Shown here piece after piece: positions 29,930-44,386 of a DNA stretch of 64,000 nucleotides. The stretch's first letter is position 1; each line of letters starts with the position of its first letter. A model generated the notes under the pieces. It was not told where the DNA came from. It saw only the letters and a program-made list of their open reading frames with translations, and did not search any database. The stretch is from the human T2T-CHM13v2.0 reference genome, Homo sapiens. The stretch lies in NCBI RefSeq assembly GCF_009914755.1, contig NC_060928.1; one strand, 5' to 3'. The position numbers were made by a program, and so were the translations under genes.

Positions 29930-30570
29930 CTTCATCCCATCCTCTTTTTTCCTTCCCCTACCTCTCCCTCCCCAGAGATAACCACTATTCTAAAATTACT
30001 GTGTATCCTTTCAATGTGTACATTTTTAAAAATTTGCTACACATATGTGATTCCCTAAGACATATATGCTAATGTTTCATTCTTATAAAATTTTAAATAA
30101 ATGTAGTTTTTGTAAGCATCTCTTCTTTTTTTTGTTTGTTTGTTTTCCACACAACACTATGTAAGACATACCCATGTTCATACATGTAGACCTATTTCAT
30201 TCATTTTAAATGCTGTAAGGTAATCCAGTGTATATGCACTAGAGGTGTGTATCCATTTAGCTTTGCTGGACCATTTTGGTGTTTACTCATTTTGCTTTTA
30301 CAAGGAGTGCTTGAGGAACATCTCTACTTACGTTTCCTTGTGTGTAGCAAGTAGGGAACTAGAAGTATAGTGGCTGAGTCAAGAGGTAATCACTGAATCA
30401 ATATGTTGTCAAAATGTTTACCATGGTGGATGTATCCATTTATTTTCTCACCAGAAGTATGACTCCTAATTTTCCCAAAGGGACAAAAAAATCCAATGTC
30501 ACCAGACAATCTTGGCCAATCTCAGACAGCTAGAAAATGATCTCTTATTATATTAGTTTATAATTTCTTT
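29930..30570 (-). mobile_element. Old L1ME fragment
   Basis: ccccagagataaccactattct...ttcattcattttaaatgctg... Confidence 0.65.
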
Positions 30571-31199
30571 GTTATAGAAATAAATAGTATTTCTTATTTT
30601 TAAAAAACTAGTGTTTTGTTGATATATTGACCCCTCCAGAATTTACCTATTTAACACTGGACCTATAAAAATGAATAGAAAATAAAACTAATTTTGTTTT
30701 GTAGCTTTTAAATGTGGTCATTTTTAGGGATTTATGCTCACAAAAGCAGAGACAGAAATCATGTTTTATTGTTAGTATGATATCTGGAGTGCTCAATTAT
30801 TAACTTGAAAATATACAAAATCCCCTTCCTATTTTTGTCTTTTAGAATATGTGATCACCTCTCAATTCACTTGATTTTGATGGTGTTCATTGTGAACTCT
30901 GAAAAGCAACACAGGCCTTATTTTAATTTTTTATTTCTATAACTTATACCTCCTTCCAAAAAAGTTTAACAATAAACCATAAAAATATATGTCAACAAAG
31001 ATATTAAATTCAACAACACAAATTTATTCATCTAAGTAACTGAATAAGACAACAGCAAAGTTAATCTATACTGCGATACTTTTCATTCCTGCCTGATATT
31101 TAATAAAATATTATTATTGATATATTCTTTTAGTCATAAGTTGATATATTGATATATCACTAATAATTTTGGTATCTAGAGAACGAATAGTTTCAAATT

Positions 31200-31780
31200 C
31201 AGCTTGTAAACAATTACATGAGAAACACTTCATTCTGTTAGTAATTAAAAAATTTAAATCACAAAAGTACCATTTTTCATCTATTTAATGAACAAAAATA
31301 TTACAATATCCAACTGAGAACCAGTGAAGAAAATTAATAATATTTTGCATTATAATTTAGCACAATCCTTGAAGAAAGCATTTTTGACATACACATTTTT
31401 GTATCTTTGGATATAATAATCTTATTTATTAGATTCTAGCTAGAGAAATAATCCAAAATGTGGAAAAATAATATATTCATGAAAATGTTTTAGCTTCGTT
31501 TTAAACTGACAAAATTGAAAGCCACCTAAATGTTCAATTTAAAGTATACTGTTTCCCATTGAAAAAATTACAATCCTGATGCCGATGAGGAAAAGGTATC
31601 TGATATTAAGATTCAATGCGAAGGAAACAGAATCCTAAGTATGATTACAAATATGCAAAAAGTCCACATAGGGGAAAAATGAAAAGACATACTACAATGC
31701 TAATCATTGCTCTAGAAGTAGCATTTCTCCACTAATTTCAGGATATTTGTTTTCTTTATTGCTTATTTGAATAGAAAGTA
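31200..31780 (+). mobile_element. Old L1M (ME/MC) ORF2-end fragment
   Basis: gtaattaaaaaatttaaatcacaaaagtaccatttttcatct...cctaaatgttcaat. Confidence 0.5.
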
Positions 31781-33304
31781 AATGTCTTGGGCCTGCTTTT
31801 ATCCCCTTAGGGAGCTGGGAATTTTGCACAATTTATTCTTCTGTCCTATTTGGTTTTGGTTTTGTTTGTTTTTTCTCAGCATAAAGCTATTGTTCTCAAA
31901 CAACACAGTATCTTAATACTCCATCACTCTTGAATTTTACTTTACTCCTTGAGGAATACCACTTCAAGATGACTGATTACCTTTCAGTAAATGTGTCTGC
32001 TCTTTGTTCTAGGAAAGAGAATCATGTGGCAAAGCAATAGAATTGGTTTGCAAATAAACCAAAAAGGTAGTAACTGTGAAGGAGATTCATGTATTTGCTC
32101 TAGCTCTTCCTTCTGTCTGAGTCTTGTTTAGTTATCCTGTACTTACTGATTCCAAGTCAGAGCATTCCATTCCAGGTAAACATTTTCTTTGGCTTCTATG
32201 TTTATTTCAATATCTAGGTCGTTTCTGAATGCTTAGGGCTTGCTATTGTTTTAAATTGTTAAGAAAAGATACCACACTTGTTCTTAGCCAAAAGACCAAG
32301 AAACTATTGCTATCGTTTCAAGTCCTGGCAATTTGTCCACTACAGAAATTCCTAATAATCAAGACGATAAGAATAAAGATGCTTTAATTTGAGAGGGCAA
32401 CCTCATTTTATTTCTGCAGTCTAATACATATTTCAGCTTATTGGTTAATAGGAAGTATTAAATATGGTATAAATTAAATGCATACTCTTACACTTCATAG
32501 ACATATGTGTATAATGATACAATTTAGGAAAAATAGTATGTCTTGAACTCAGCCAGACATTCATGGTAAAATATGACTCACCCTGACACTGGAACTTTGA
32601 CATGAGCCTGTTAATTACTATTGTTCTATTCCCTATTAATCCTTTAAAGTTTTTTTTTGCCCACCCTCAATCCCCTACTCTGATTTATGGACTGCTTTTC
32701 ATATTTATAAAGTGGTTCATGAATCACCCTGCCCCAACAGAAGTGAATAATAATGGGCCCATTTATGCAACCTTTGCTGTGTAGCTAATTAGCTGAAAAT
32801 GACTGCCTGGGATTGCACTGAGAAGAGTGTCATTAGCATTCAGCACTAAGTCTACAAAAGAGAGGAGGGAAAGAAAGCAGAAATATGGAATCAAAAAATA
32901 AGAATAGCAGTGAGAATGCTATTTACTCAGTGTGATTTTTTTAAAGCATCCTAAAGAACATTTAATGATATCTCCCAATAGCTGAATTGTTAAGTAAGTC
33001 ACAGGGTATAGTATCCATTAAAATTATGTCCATGGAGCATACCTAAGACTTAAGAAAGTTCTTACCTATAGGTTGACCAAAGTAGCAAATGAAATTGCTA
33101 CATACAATATAATCTCAATTTTAAGAAGAAAAGAAATTAATAATAAAACTGTGATAATGTCATTATGGGTCATTTTTTCTCTCATCTATAATTTTCTGTA
33201 TTTTCCAGATGTTTTAATATGGCCACATGTTACTCTGATAATGTATTTGTAATAGTAGTGTTATATGCATTTTTTATTTCTTTGGAAGCATATTGACTGA
33301 AAGT

Positions 33305-33520
33305 GATAGCAGCTACTGTTAATTGAGTGCCTACTGTGTATCAAGCATTGAACTTGTACATGCATATAATAACTCTCTTTTCTTTCCTGTTCCATACCAC
33401 ATTCCACCTGCATCATACCTGCATTCATGAATTATCATAAACCTAGGTTGAGGCACATTTTGTCCAAGTTGCCACCACCCAAATAAGTATAGAACTAAAC
33501 TGTCTTGCATTGCAATCCTG
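33305..33520 (-). mobile_element. MIR
   Basis: attgagtgcctactgtgtatcaagcattg...tgaggcac..ttgtccaag. Confidence 0.55.
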
Positions 33521-34268
33521 AGTGATATTTAGGCTTTCTTAATAATGTAAATATTTATCTGATGTAAGAGCTCTGGATTTCTAAAAAAATGGCAAAGGTA
33601 ATAGTTCCAAATGAGAAATAAGCACACCTTACCTATTTTATAAAACAAGTAGACAGTGGCTCCATCTTCTCTCTTGAGACCTTACAGTATTAAAATATAT
33701 ACATATATATGACAGCATGAATATGTAGCTGGATGTTTTTAATTGCTGTAGCCAATGCTTACAGAATTGCCTGATTCCTGGTTAGTCATATATCATTTTA
33801 TACTCACTATGTATTTGGTAATGAATGTCATAAATTACTGATAACTAAATTAATACTAAAAATATGGTAAGGTAAACTTTTAATATTTGTGCTTTGTTTA
33901 ACTGCTCATGGAAGAAATGTTACTGAAGCAAATCTTCTCTGCTTAGATTCATCTGGCCTAACTACAATAACTGGGGAGAACTTAACCCTTGAATCTAGTC
34001 TATCTGGGTTTGAATCTCAGCATTACCATAGACTATGTAAACTTGGAAAAATTTATTAATACAGTGAGATGTTAATTTTCTTATCTTTGATATTGGAGTG
34101 GAAAAGGCTTCAACATAATAAGGCTATTATAAATAATAAATAATGCACGTGTGGTAAAATAATGCTTTCTCCTCCAAAGATGTCCATGTCCTAAATTCTC
34201 TGGACCTGTAAATATTCTACTTCTCATGGCAAAAGGGGCTTTGCAGATGTAACTAAGATAAGGTCTGT

Positions 34269-35041
<773 letters not shown>

Positions 35042-35432
35042 TTAGGACTTCTGATCTACAGAACTGTAAGCGAATAAATTTGTGTTGTTTTAAGCCACTA
35101 AGCTTGTGGTACCTTGTTACAGTAGCAAGAGGAAACTAATACTGTATGTGAGGTGCTTAGTACAGTGCCTGTCATCTAGGATTCTAACATACTACTAGCC
35201 AAAGTAACTCTGCCTCTTTAGATCTAGGTAAGAGTAGCTTGAACCCGCAATCCATTATTTGTGGGAGTCCAATGCCCTCCCCGAGATTGCTGAGGCTTTC
35301 CAAAGGGCTTATGTAATCTCTGGCTTTGAATTGCTTCAGTTTATAGACTACTGTTCCAATAATGCTGTCAGGATAAGAAGTTCAGCCCCTTCCCAGTATT
35401 CCAAGTATAAAAATAAAACATTTACCCAAGGC

Positions 35433-35433
<1 letters not shown>

Positions 35434-35469
<36 letters not shown>
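35434..35469. repeat. (TG)18 microsatellite
   Basis: Directly visible, followed by AGCGCGTGCAT. Confidence 0.97.
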
Positions 35470-35471
<2 letters not shown>

Positions 35472-38041
35472 CGCGTGCATACAGGCATGCTTGGTGTGTA
35501 TCAGGCTTTGTTTGAGTAAATACAGAAAATGTATTATGATTGCACCGCAAAAATTTTAAAATTAAATATCAATATGACCGTTCTTTAAAGTTTTTTACTA
35601 CTCCAACATTTTGCTTCCTCACACCTAAATTCCTCTTAAATCTCACAAAACAGTTTATCTCCTTTGGTTTCCTTATCATTTATGTCTCACGCTCCCAGGA
35701 TTTCACCTTCAAATACCAATGTATTTTTCTAAACAGACTAGCCAAAATCCTGTCACAACTATGAAGATAATGCAAATTCTTTTCACCCTATTGCACTGAG
35801 CAGTTAATGAGTATTAGCTGCAAAAAATCTATGTACTCTTTAGTCATAACTTAGACTAACCCATCCATCTTCTCTCATCAGTTTCTTTGTGTAATGTAAC
35901 TAACATGAATTAAAGGTGTATCCAAGAGGCTAAACAAGCCATTCTTCAAACACTCTATTGAGTGATACTGATATCAATCTTGTAACAGCTACTCACTCTC
36001 AATTTCACCAATATTAGGAGTATAAATAGGGTTCAGCATTTTTAGGGGATTTTCTTTCACATTTTTCTTTCATACAGATTCTATTAAACTGTACAATTAT
36101 GTTATACAGAGATGGGGTTTAAAACTTGGGAGTTCTTCCTGATAAAATTCATGATTATAGGAAAACCTCAACTGAGCATACATAATTTGTTAATTTAAGT
36201 TCACATTGCTATTTGCAAATGTACCCTCTCCATGTGTATATGTGTGCACACGTGTGTATTTGTGTGTGTGTGTAAAAACCTAGGTTTCAAGATACTTATG
36301 GGCCAGGGCTTTTGGATTATGTTTTGTCAGCAATTAGAATCATGCCACCTTCAGACATTAAATATACATGATTTGCTATTACAATGACTCCTAAGGCCAA
36401 TGACCATGCATCATTAACCTTAATAAATGAATACTACAGTGACATGATTTCTGTTCATTCCAAAGTATCATGAGACCACAGTTTCTAACTAATAGCCCAT
36501 TATAGTGTTCTGACCTAACTTTCAAAATGTCAATAAATTGGGATTATAATGTAATCCATTCTAAATGTCTTTGAAAGAAGACAGATGAATGTTATGCTGT
36601 CATGAGTCTACCTCTGGGAAATCTCTCTGCAGAAGAACAGTCAGTTAATGCTTTTGCCTTTAGCTGGTTTTACCATCCTATACTTTCATTTGCTATCCAC
36701 CAACAAAAATATTTTCACACACCAGAATGAAAATCTTGAGTTTAAAAAACTAAAGACAGAATTAACAATTCAATCTTTTCAATTTATAATCAGCCAGTTT
36801 CAGCCACAGTGTGAGTACATTTCCATGTGGATGTGTTAATTAATGGTAGAAGTGACTAACAACTGTGAAGCAGTCATATTAGGCAAGGAGAACAAATGGA
36901 AATACAAGAGCAATCATTCTTAGAGATACTCATTGTTGCTTCTCACCCAGAAGACAAGAGAGCTGAACAGAACTCTGCCCAGGGACATCTCTCTTTTTGT
37001 TGATGATCTGGGGAATTCTTGCTGAACAATTTTTTCTCACAAAGAGCTCATACACTCAGCTCACTTAACCATAAGCATTACAGAATCTAGAAATGCCAAA
37101 CTCCTAAATCAGCAGAGTTCAACACTGTATTACACAGATTTCTATAGCCTAACATAGATTCATGAATATGTGCTTGTGTGGGAGGCCCTGTCTGAGTCTC
37201 AATAATTCCTCCCTTCTCAGAGAGTCCTGTGGGTCTTTGGTGACCATATTTGTATTTGTGTATTAGTGCTGTCCTCCAACCCTTACTAAATAGTTGTGGG
37301 AGAGTTGGTACCTAATTCAAGTTAGACCAGTGAAATCCTCCTGTGAGTCTGAAATGTGGAACATATATATTCCAAGATGGAAGTTGTTTCAGTACTTTCC
37401 AAAGGAAATCAGATGACTTTTTAAGAGTAAGTTCTTAGAGCTATTGATTTCTTCTCTTGCTAAGTTGTGATGATTACTCAATTCTCTTTAATATTATATT
37501 GGGATTTGGGAGGAATAAAAGTAAATTGGCCGAGGTGATCGTAGTTTAAAAAACAATGAGTTATGGTAAAGTCTTGGTGTGACATATAGTTTCCCTAGGT
37601 GATATCATTTATATTCCTTATAACTATTGATTGTTGAATAGATTGATCATAATGGCTAGCAACAGTAAATTCAGTTATGCTTCCTAAAAGTTGGGTTTTT
37701 TAAAAATTACTCACAACTCTAAGTACCCATACACATGAGACATTAACTAGTTATTTTGTAGACAATGCTAAATTGGCTATGTAAACTACTTTGTAAAAGC
37801 TATTGTAATTCACAATTCTGAATCAATGGTTCAATATTATATTTCAATGCATGTCCTGATTTAATAATGGAGTGGTTAACTAACCAGATGACATTTTTTC
37901 TGAAAATGGACTAAATAAAGTGAGATGTGCTGACCAGTGGTGCTCAAATAACACTCTCAAGTATCCCTAAGGCTTTTTCTTTAATGGTGCCACAAATATT
38001 GGATTCTAATTTTATTTAAAACTATTGTTACTTTTTGCTGC

Positions 38042-39470
38042 ACACCTACAACCATCTGATGCTTGACAAAGTTGACAAAAACAAGCAATGGGGAAAGGAC
38101 TCTCTATACAATAAATGATTCTGAGATGACTGGCTAGCCATATCCAGAAGATTGAAATTACACTCCTTTCTTACACCATAGTTCCTATTTTTCATCCACA
38201 TTTAAACAGAAAATCAGGATGCCCTTATAATCACATCTTTTCTAGAATCATGCTTTAGAAAATCATGTGTGGGGCCATCCAACTCAAGATGGATTAAAGA
38301 CTTAAATGTAAAAGAAAAACTTTGGAAGACAACCTCAGAAATACCATTCTGGACAGAGGATCTGGCAAAGATTTCGTGATGAAGACAGCAAAAGCAATTG
38401 CAATAAAAACAAAAATTGACAAATGGGACCTAATTAAACTAAAGAGCTTCTGCACAGCAAAACATCATTAGAATGTTGTTCATCAACAGAACAAACAGAC
38501 AACCTATAGAATGGGAGAAAAATTTTGCAAACTACACATCTGACAAAGGTTTAATATCCAGAATATATAAAGAACTTAAAGAAATCAACAAGCAAAAAAT
38601 GAACAAACCCATTAAAAGTAGGCAAAGAACATGAACACCTTTCAAAAGAAGACATACACGCATCCAACAAGCATATAAAAAATGCTCAACTTCACTAATC
38701 ATTAAAAATGCATATAAAACCACAATGTGATACCATCTCACACCAGTCAGAATGGCTATTATTAGAAAGTAAAAAAATATGAGATGCTGGTAAGGTTGCA
38801 GAGAAAAAGGAAAATTTATACACTGCTGGTGGAAATGTAAATTAGTTCAGCCATTGTGGAAAGCAGTTTGGTGATTTCTCAAAGAACTCAAAGCAAAATT
38901 ACCATTTGACTCAGCAATTCCCTTGTTGAGTATATGCCAAAAGGAATATGAGTCATTGTACCTTAAAGATACATACACACATATGTTCATCTTAGTATTA
39001 TTCACAATAGCAAGGGCATGGAGTCAACCTAAGTGCCCATTAACAGTAGACTGGATAAAGAAAATGTGATACATATACACCATGGAATACTACACAACCT
39101 TAAAAAAGAATGAGATCATGTCCTTTGCAGCAACATGGATGGAGGTGGCAGCCGTTAGCCTAAGTGAACTAACACAGGAACAGAAAACCAAACACCACAT
39201 GTTCTCACTTATAAGTGGGAGCTAAACATTAAATATTAATATATATGGACACAAAGAAGGAAAAACAGTCACTGAGGCATACTTGAAGGTGGAGGGAAGG
39301 AGGAAGGTGAGGATCGAAAAACTACCTATTGGATACTATGACTATTACCTGGGTGGTGAAATAGTCTGTACACCAAATCCCTGTAACATGCAATTTACCT
39401 GTATAACAAACCTGCATATGTACCCAAGAACCTAAAATAAAACTTAAAAATGTATATAATAAATATTTTA
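38042..39470 (+). mobile_element. L1PA15/16 3' part containing a 100-bp foreign insert
   Basis: ORF2 C-terminal sequence; 3' UTR gaggatcgaaaaactacctatt. Confidence 0.9.
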
Positions 39471-39509
39471 AACTATAATAAGAAGCATTACACTATCACC
39501 TGTCCTATG

Positions 39510-39943
39510 TTACTTTCTTAAATGTCTTAGGTGCTTTTTCTATTGAGGTAAAATATACATATATAATTTACCATCTTTACTACATTTAAATGTATAGTTT
39601 GGTGGTAATTAATATACTATATGCTTATTTTTCCTTTCATCACTCCCTTTTTTAGGTCTTTGGTAACTACCACTTTACACTCTATCTTGAGATCCATTTT
39701 TTTAGCTCTCACATGTGCATTAGAACATGCAATATTAGTATTTCTGTGCTTGGCTTATTTCAATTAACATAATGGCCTCCAGTTCCATCCATGTTGCAGC
39801 ATATGACGGGATTTCATTTTTATGGCTGACTAATATCCCATTGTCCATATCTACCACATTTTCTTTCTCCATTCATCTGTTAATAGGCACTTAGGTTGAT
39901 TCCATATTTGGCTATTGTGAATATGTTGCAATAAATATGAGAA
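39510..39943 (-). mobile_element. L1MA 3' end
   Basis: L1MA 3' UTR antisense; TSD TGTCCTATG (39501-09 and 39944-52). Confidence 0.82.
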
Positions 39944-40469
39944 TGTCCTATGCCCCATGTTAACACATTCAAGATCACTATATTAACTTGTGCTGCCAGG
40001 TTAAATTACGCAGAGCATTGAGCACCAAGTAAAGCTTGCCTTTAATCCATCATTAAGTACTTCTAGAGACCAACAATTTATGGGTGTTCCTAAACCATTT
40101 GCAGTGGTATCATTGACTATAAAGGTGATTTCTTGGCACAGGGGTTGGGGCTGTTGTTGTTCCTGTTTTCCCAATTCAGGGTAGCCTTTGCTTGGTTATT
40201 TAAGAATTTAGAAGCAAGTACTTCACTATTTATAAGGATTTTCTCAATGCTGTATAAATAAAATGCAATAAAAAATAAATTGGTAATGACAGAGGCTTAA
40301 AACCATAATTCTCATCATAATCCCTGCTTTTATATGTATGTGCCCATTAAAATGGATCAACATTAGAACTTACAAGGTGATTTTATATTAACAAAATATG
40401 GCTTTTATTTATTTCATTTGTACTTTACATACTGAGGTCCCTTATCAAATTTGTAAACCATCATTGTAG

Positions 40470-40666
40470 CAGGATGTCTTAACCTTGGCACCATTGACAT
40501 TTTGGAAAAGCTAAGTCTTTGTTGTTGGGGACTGTCCTGTGCATGGTAGGATGTTTAACAGCATCTCTGGGCTCCATCTACTAGATTCCAGTTTCAAACT
40601 TTTAGGTCCAGATATATTTCCAAATGTCCCCAGTGAGGCAAAATCATCTCTGACTGAAAAGCATCA
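40470..40666 (-). mobile_element. MER20
   Basis: aaccttggcaccattgacattttgg...gactgtcctgtgcat..taggatgttt..cagcatc...ccaaatgtcccc. Confidence 0.85.
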
Positions 40667-41269
40667 GCTAAATTGTAGAATCACAGGACTTGCCACATTT
40701 TAGTAATTCCCAGAGAATATTCCCCTCTTGACAATTTTTTAATTCATAAGAAGCTGTTAAACAAAGAATATGGTAAAAGAGTATAGCAGACAAATGAATT
40801 TTTAATATTTATTGTGGGTGTTTTATTTAGGGTGTTTGAATCACTATGAGACTAAAACAAAGAATGTTGCAGAACTGTATTTTTAGACAACAAAAGATAC
40901 ACTTAATAAAGTGAATAAATTAACCCATATGATCATAGGAACAGAAAGCATAGTGTTTTGTAAAACATTTTGAAAAAAAATTTAATTAAACTTGAAAATT
41001 CCTTTTGCTCTGATGTAATGCTTAAATAAATTCAAGTAAATTAACCAATGTCCTAAGAAAGGCTTCAAAAGGTATGTGAAAATGTTCATATCTGTGAGCT
41101 TTCATCTTTCATAATGAAAGCCAAAGGAAAATTGGAAAGAGGTAGGGTTTTTCTTTTTCCTTTAGGAAAAAGAAGCCTTTATTGCTGATAGTTTAGCGCA
41201 AATGACCAAAGCAATAACTCACCTTGGAAGCCTCAAAAATACTCTGATATATATATATATTCACATACG

Positions 41270-41370
41270 GTGAATCATCCTTGTATCCCAGTAACAAATC
41301 CCTCTTGGTCATTGTACATAATCCTTTTAATGTGCTATTGAATTTAGTTTGCTAATATTTGTTGAGGATT
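41270..41370 (-). mobile_element. L1M ORF2 (RT) fragment
   Basis: catccttgtatcccag...tttgctaatatttgttgaggatt. Confidence 0.7.
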
Positions 41371-41459
41371 ACATTACTTTCATAACTTACGTAACAAATT
41401 TATCATTTGCAATAGCCATATTTTAATGATATCCCAGTAAAGCTATTAAAATATTTTGT

Positions 41460-41700
41460 GACTAAAAATTTTAAAGATAGGCAGATTGAGTTTGAGTCTT
41501 AACTTTGTTGCCCATAAGTGGTGTGAGTTTGCATTAATTAAATTATCTTTTTGCAGCTCAGTCCTCTCATTAATCAAAGCACCTACTACACAGCATTGCT
41601 GTGAGAATTAAAAGAGATAATGTATGCAAAGCTTTTAGCCCAGTGCCCCATACTTAAGAAGTGCTCCCCAAATGATGATCACTATTATAGCTGTTATTAT
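41460..41700 (+). mobile_element. MIR
   Basis: tgtgagaattaaaagagataatgtatgcaaagc..ttagcccagtgcc. Confidence 0.78.
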
Positions 41701-42199
41701 CTCATGACCCTTTCCATTTTTATTATCACCTTAGCAATGTCTGTGCTACTATCTGCAGAATTTGTGAATGGGAGGAATCTACGTTATACATAAAAGCATA
41801 TCTTCCTCTCTTGCTGCAGCAAAATACAACATCATCATCATCATCATCAACAACAACAACAAAACCAGCCTTCTGTGACTGATGGTGCCTCACACTTCCC
41901 ACTATTAGAGAGATTTGTAAGATTTATCTCTGAAACTCTGGTCCACTTACATTCAGCAGGTAGCATATAAGCAGGGAAGAAACACTATCCTAGGATGAGA
42001 GTTCATACCATATTCACCACTCCCAGTTGAGCTTTTGTGTTTATTCAAACTCAAGGACCCTAACTCTACATATCCTATCTGGACTTCATTATCTCTCCAT
42101 TTTCTCTTGCCTGGGATGTTTTTCTGGTCAGTGAAGTGTGAGAGTAACTAAAATTCAGATGGTGAGTCCACATTTACAAGTTTTTGATTCACTTTTGAA

Positions 42200-43410
42200 T
42201 TGACAAAGAACTTTTAAAAATGTAACGGTCCTCCCCATAAAGTGTAATCATAAGTTAAACAACACAAAAATTCAAATTAAATGGTTTCTTTTTTATCTTA
42301 ATCTCCAGGAGCTACAATTTGAAATTTTCTAAAAATACTCTATGCAAATAGAAGCACAGCTGTGTCTTCTTAGGGAGAAAACCTCTCAAGATAGTAGCCT
42401 ACCACACACACTACTCTGCACCTTGCTTATTTTATTTAACGATGCATCATGAATTTGCTTCTGTATTAATAAATAATAAGCTATCCTTAAAAATGTACTA
42501 CAATTGTGTGGAAATGCCATAATTTATTTTCTAATCATCCTTTTGTGGGCATTTGTGTTGTTTTCCATTTTATTTTTTCAAATGAAAGGGCTCTGAATAT
42601 ACTGTAGTACTTTATGTACACAGCATATGTACTGTACTACAGTATACTGTATAAGTGTGTATATACATACACACACTGATATATTTACATATACATTTAC
42701 TTGTATATATATGCATAATCTCTCTCCCTCTCTCTGGGAGTTCAGTACCATGTTGACTAGCAGGGCCAAGAGTGAGCACTCTTGCCTTCTTCCAGATCTT
42801 AGAGGAAAAGCTTTAATTTTTCTGTATTTATTGAGATGATAGTGTGGTCTTTATTTTATTAATATGTTGTATCACATTGATTGATTTGTATGTGTTGTTG
42901 ATTGTTGCATATCCATCCTAGCATCCCAGTAATAAATCCCACTGGGTCATGGTGTATATTGTTTTGACATGCTGTTGAATTTCATTTGCTAGTATTTTAT
43001 TGAGAATGTTTGCATCTAATTCCATCAGGGATATTGGCCTGTACTATTCATTTCTTGTATTGTGTGTCTGGCTTTGGAATTAGAGTGAAGCTGGCCTCAT
43101 GAAATGAATTTGGCAGTTTTCCCTATTCTATTTTGTGGTACAGTTTAAGAAAGGTTAATATTAGTTCTTCTCTGAATGTTTGGTAGACCTCATCCATGAA
43201 ACCATCTGGCCCTGGGCTTTTCTTTGTTGGAAAGTTTTTAATCACTGATTCACTCTCCTTGTTCGTTATTGGTTTGTTCAGATTTCTATTTATTATTGAC
43301 ACAGTTTGGGTAGGTTGTATGTTTTTAGAAATTTATCCATTTCCACCTGTCCATCTAGATTATCCAATTTGTTGACGTATAATTATTCATAATAGTTTCT
43401 TAAAATCTCA
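42200..43410 (-). mobile_element. Old L1 fragments (L1ME 3' UTR about 42200-42620; L1M ORF2 about 42735-43410)
   Basis: ccagatcttagaggaaaagcttt; catcagggatattggcctgta; ccatctggccctgggcttttctttgttgg. Confidence 0.75.
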
Positions 43411-43527
43411 CAAAATTTTGATGCCTTGTTTCTGCCAACTGGTAAACATGATTTGGGGCTAGGAAGCCTGGAAATGAAATGTCATCACTTTTGTAATGTT
43501 TTCTTTTTTCTCTCTCCTCTCTATCAG

Positions 43528-43610
43528 AATCACAACCACAGCTGCATGTATGATGGATCTTCGAAGATATCCACTGGATGAGCAGAACTGCACCCTGGAG
43601 ATCGAAAGTT
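43528..43610 (+). CDS. GABRB1: Internal coding exon (83 bp, probably exon 5) of GABA-A receptor beta-1 subunit; encodes the Cys-loop
   Basis: Polypyrimidine tract then CAG acceptor (AG 43526-27) and GTGAGT donor (43611). Translation (R)[27 protein letters not shown](Y) contains the C-x13-C Cys-loop and an NCT sequon. The peptide is shared by beta1-3; the codons (GCATGTATGATGGATCTTCGAAGATAT...ATCGAAAGT) match my recollection of beta1. Confidence 0.93.
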
Positions 43611-44116
43611 GTGAGTTACTTGGACAGGGGAATGAAAAAGAGGGATTCTTCCTTGACCCAGTTGAATTCAACTTCTCACTGAGTTAATTAGCACCAGGAT
43701 TTTCTAGCTGCGCTTGCCTGATAAGTTTTCAAAGGGTTTATATTGGTAGCTCAAGGGTCATTTCAGTGAAGTTATCATTTTGAACAATTAGGGAAAGTTC
43801 ACTTATTTTAGCTCAACAATTTATAAACTCATACTTTCTCCTTCTCAGAACGTAGTTTCTCCCAAAGCCTTCCAATATCCAAGCTGCATTAAAAAGAAAG
43901 GAAAGACATTTTAATATGAAAAGAGTTTGTGAGATTGTTTTGGGTTCTATCATCTGTTGACCTAAACTATTGTAAATTGTCTTTTAGAAAAACATTATGT
44001 TGGTGTCTTGTGTGAATAATGTGTCTTTCCTCATGAAAAGAAAAAGATGATAAATTGCACTCATGGGGCTTATGCTTTGTGCCAAAGACTTAATGGTTTT
44101 TAAGTCTAGTGACTAA

Positions 44117-44386
<270 letters not shown>

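Noticed and set aside
37150-37480. Possible LTR16/LTR33-like remnant
   Set aside because: Resemblance too weak to call without alignment.
43496-43687. 63-aa ORF as a standalone protein
   Set aside because: Only 43528-43610 is exon; the flanking residues are intronic read-through.
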